Shown here in pieces: positions 63,065 through 64,000 of a stretch of DNA of 64,000 nt. A program made the position numbers and the translations under genes. The number at the start of each line of letters is the position of its first letter. The stretch's first letter is position 1. The notes below the pieces were generated by a model. It was given only the letters and a program-made list of their open reading frames with translations, made no database searches and was not told the DNA's origin. Origin of the DNA: Octopus bimaculoides (lineage: Eukaryota); assembly GCF_001194135.2 (NCBI RefSeq), contig NC_068989.1:95992042-96056041 (forward strand), given 5' to 3'.

Positions 63065-63122
63065 AACTGAAGGAAGACAGAAATGAGCTGCAGAATATGT
63101 CTCATGCTAAGAATTCTATGTT
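63065..63122 (+). CDS. Candidate exon C (unidentified gene)
   Basis: tttccattttacatag acceptor, gtgaga donor; reads LKEDRNELQNMSHAKNSM; phase-compatible with exon B. Confidence 0.25.
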
Positions 63123-64000
63123 GTGAGATTTTCAGGAATACAATGCTTCCATAACACAGTTGGTACTTGTAAAGTGAAACTAGATTTTGTCTTCTGTGGA
63201 GAAAACCTTGCATGAAGTTCTGTGATTTATCAGGAACATATTTTTAAAATAACTTGCAATGTCTTTCTAGGAATGTTGGGAATAGATTGTCATATAAATT
63301 GCAAAAGTAACACATCAATGATATAGATTATTGCTCCGGTGCAAACCATATTTGCTAACCCAGTATACTTGTAACAAAATTAAGCAGTTAGCATTGGTTT
63401 GTGGTCGATGTGTACAGGGCATACAGGGTGTACATGGTTGTAATAAAAGTTGTGTGGATTATTGGGAAATATTGCACGTTTTATACAATGAAGATTTTGT
63501 TGTTGTTGTTGTTGTTTGCTGTGAACCAAAATTATTTTTACGTTTAATTTCAAAATCTGAATTGAGTAGGACTTGTTCCCCTTTGTATTCGTGTGTTTAT
63601 ATTTTGTTTTCAATTCAATTTCAATATTTGAGATTAATTCCTTTTAACTCTGAAATTTATGCAATTTTTTCTTGAGTAGTGGCAGCAGCAACTCGTAATA
63701 CTAATCAAACTTGTGCAAAAACCATTGCTAATAAAATCCACAAAGCAACTTGGATTCATTCAAGAAATTTCCTTCAGTTCTAAGAACCCTTGAAAATAAA
63801 TGTTTGTCATCAACTAAACAGAAGCACGGACAATATCCAACGTTCAATTGATTATCTTCATTGATTCTGAAAATTTTAATGAAAGCTAAAACTGCACGCT
63901 CCCTCCTCCATAATTTTGGGGGTTGCCCCCTATCCCTGTTACTCTACCCTACACAATTGTATTTTGTTTCATCTACTTTTGTTTTTATTTCATTGTGCTG

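Noticed and set aside
1-64000. CRISPR arrays, rRNA, telomeric arrays, operon-like gene clusters
   Set aside because: No regularly interspaced repeat-spacer array, rRNA signature, (TTAGGG)n array or dense ORF cluster was seen; the window is eukaryotic intronic or intergenic DNA.

Overview
AT-rich animal genomic DNA with N gaps, dominated by repeats. The SINE families present suggest an octopus/cephalopod genome (recalled, not database-checked). I recognise no complete host gene, rRNA, true tRNA or CRISPR array. The window holds tRNA-derived SINEs of several families, (TA)n/(CA)n/(AAT)n/(GA)n microsatellites, and 5'-truncated RTE and CR1/L2-like LINE remnants. It also holds two Tc1/mariner-superfamily remnants (mariner-type and DD37D/maT), a 5'-truncated Penelope-like element (RT + GIY-YIG ORF, 21.3-23.0 kb) and a second degraded Penelope-clade RT fragment (27.4-27.9 kb). 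The most notable item is a ~330-bp non-coding element in two copies (34.2-34.5 and 35.6-35.9 kb). It joins a tRNA-like Pol III head, an (AAT)n spacer and a minimal type I hammerhead ribozyme (canonical core in copy 1). It has an inverted copy of its own tail at the 5' end and ~13-14 bp target-site duplications, and its internal cassette is flipped relative to the outer ends between the two copies. Other hammerhead-like Penelope terminal remnants are scattered through the window. A few phase-compatible candidate exons near 62-63 kb may belong to an unidentified + strand gene (low confidence). Coordinates of degraded repeats are approximate (tens of bp). All family names come from motif recognition by eye.
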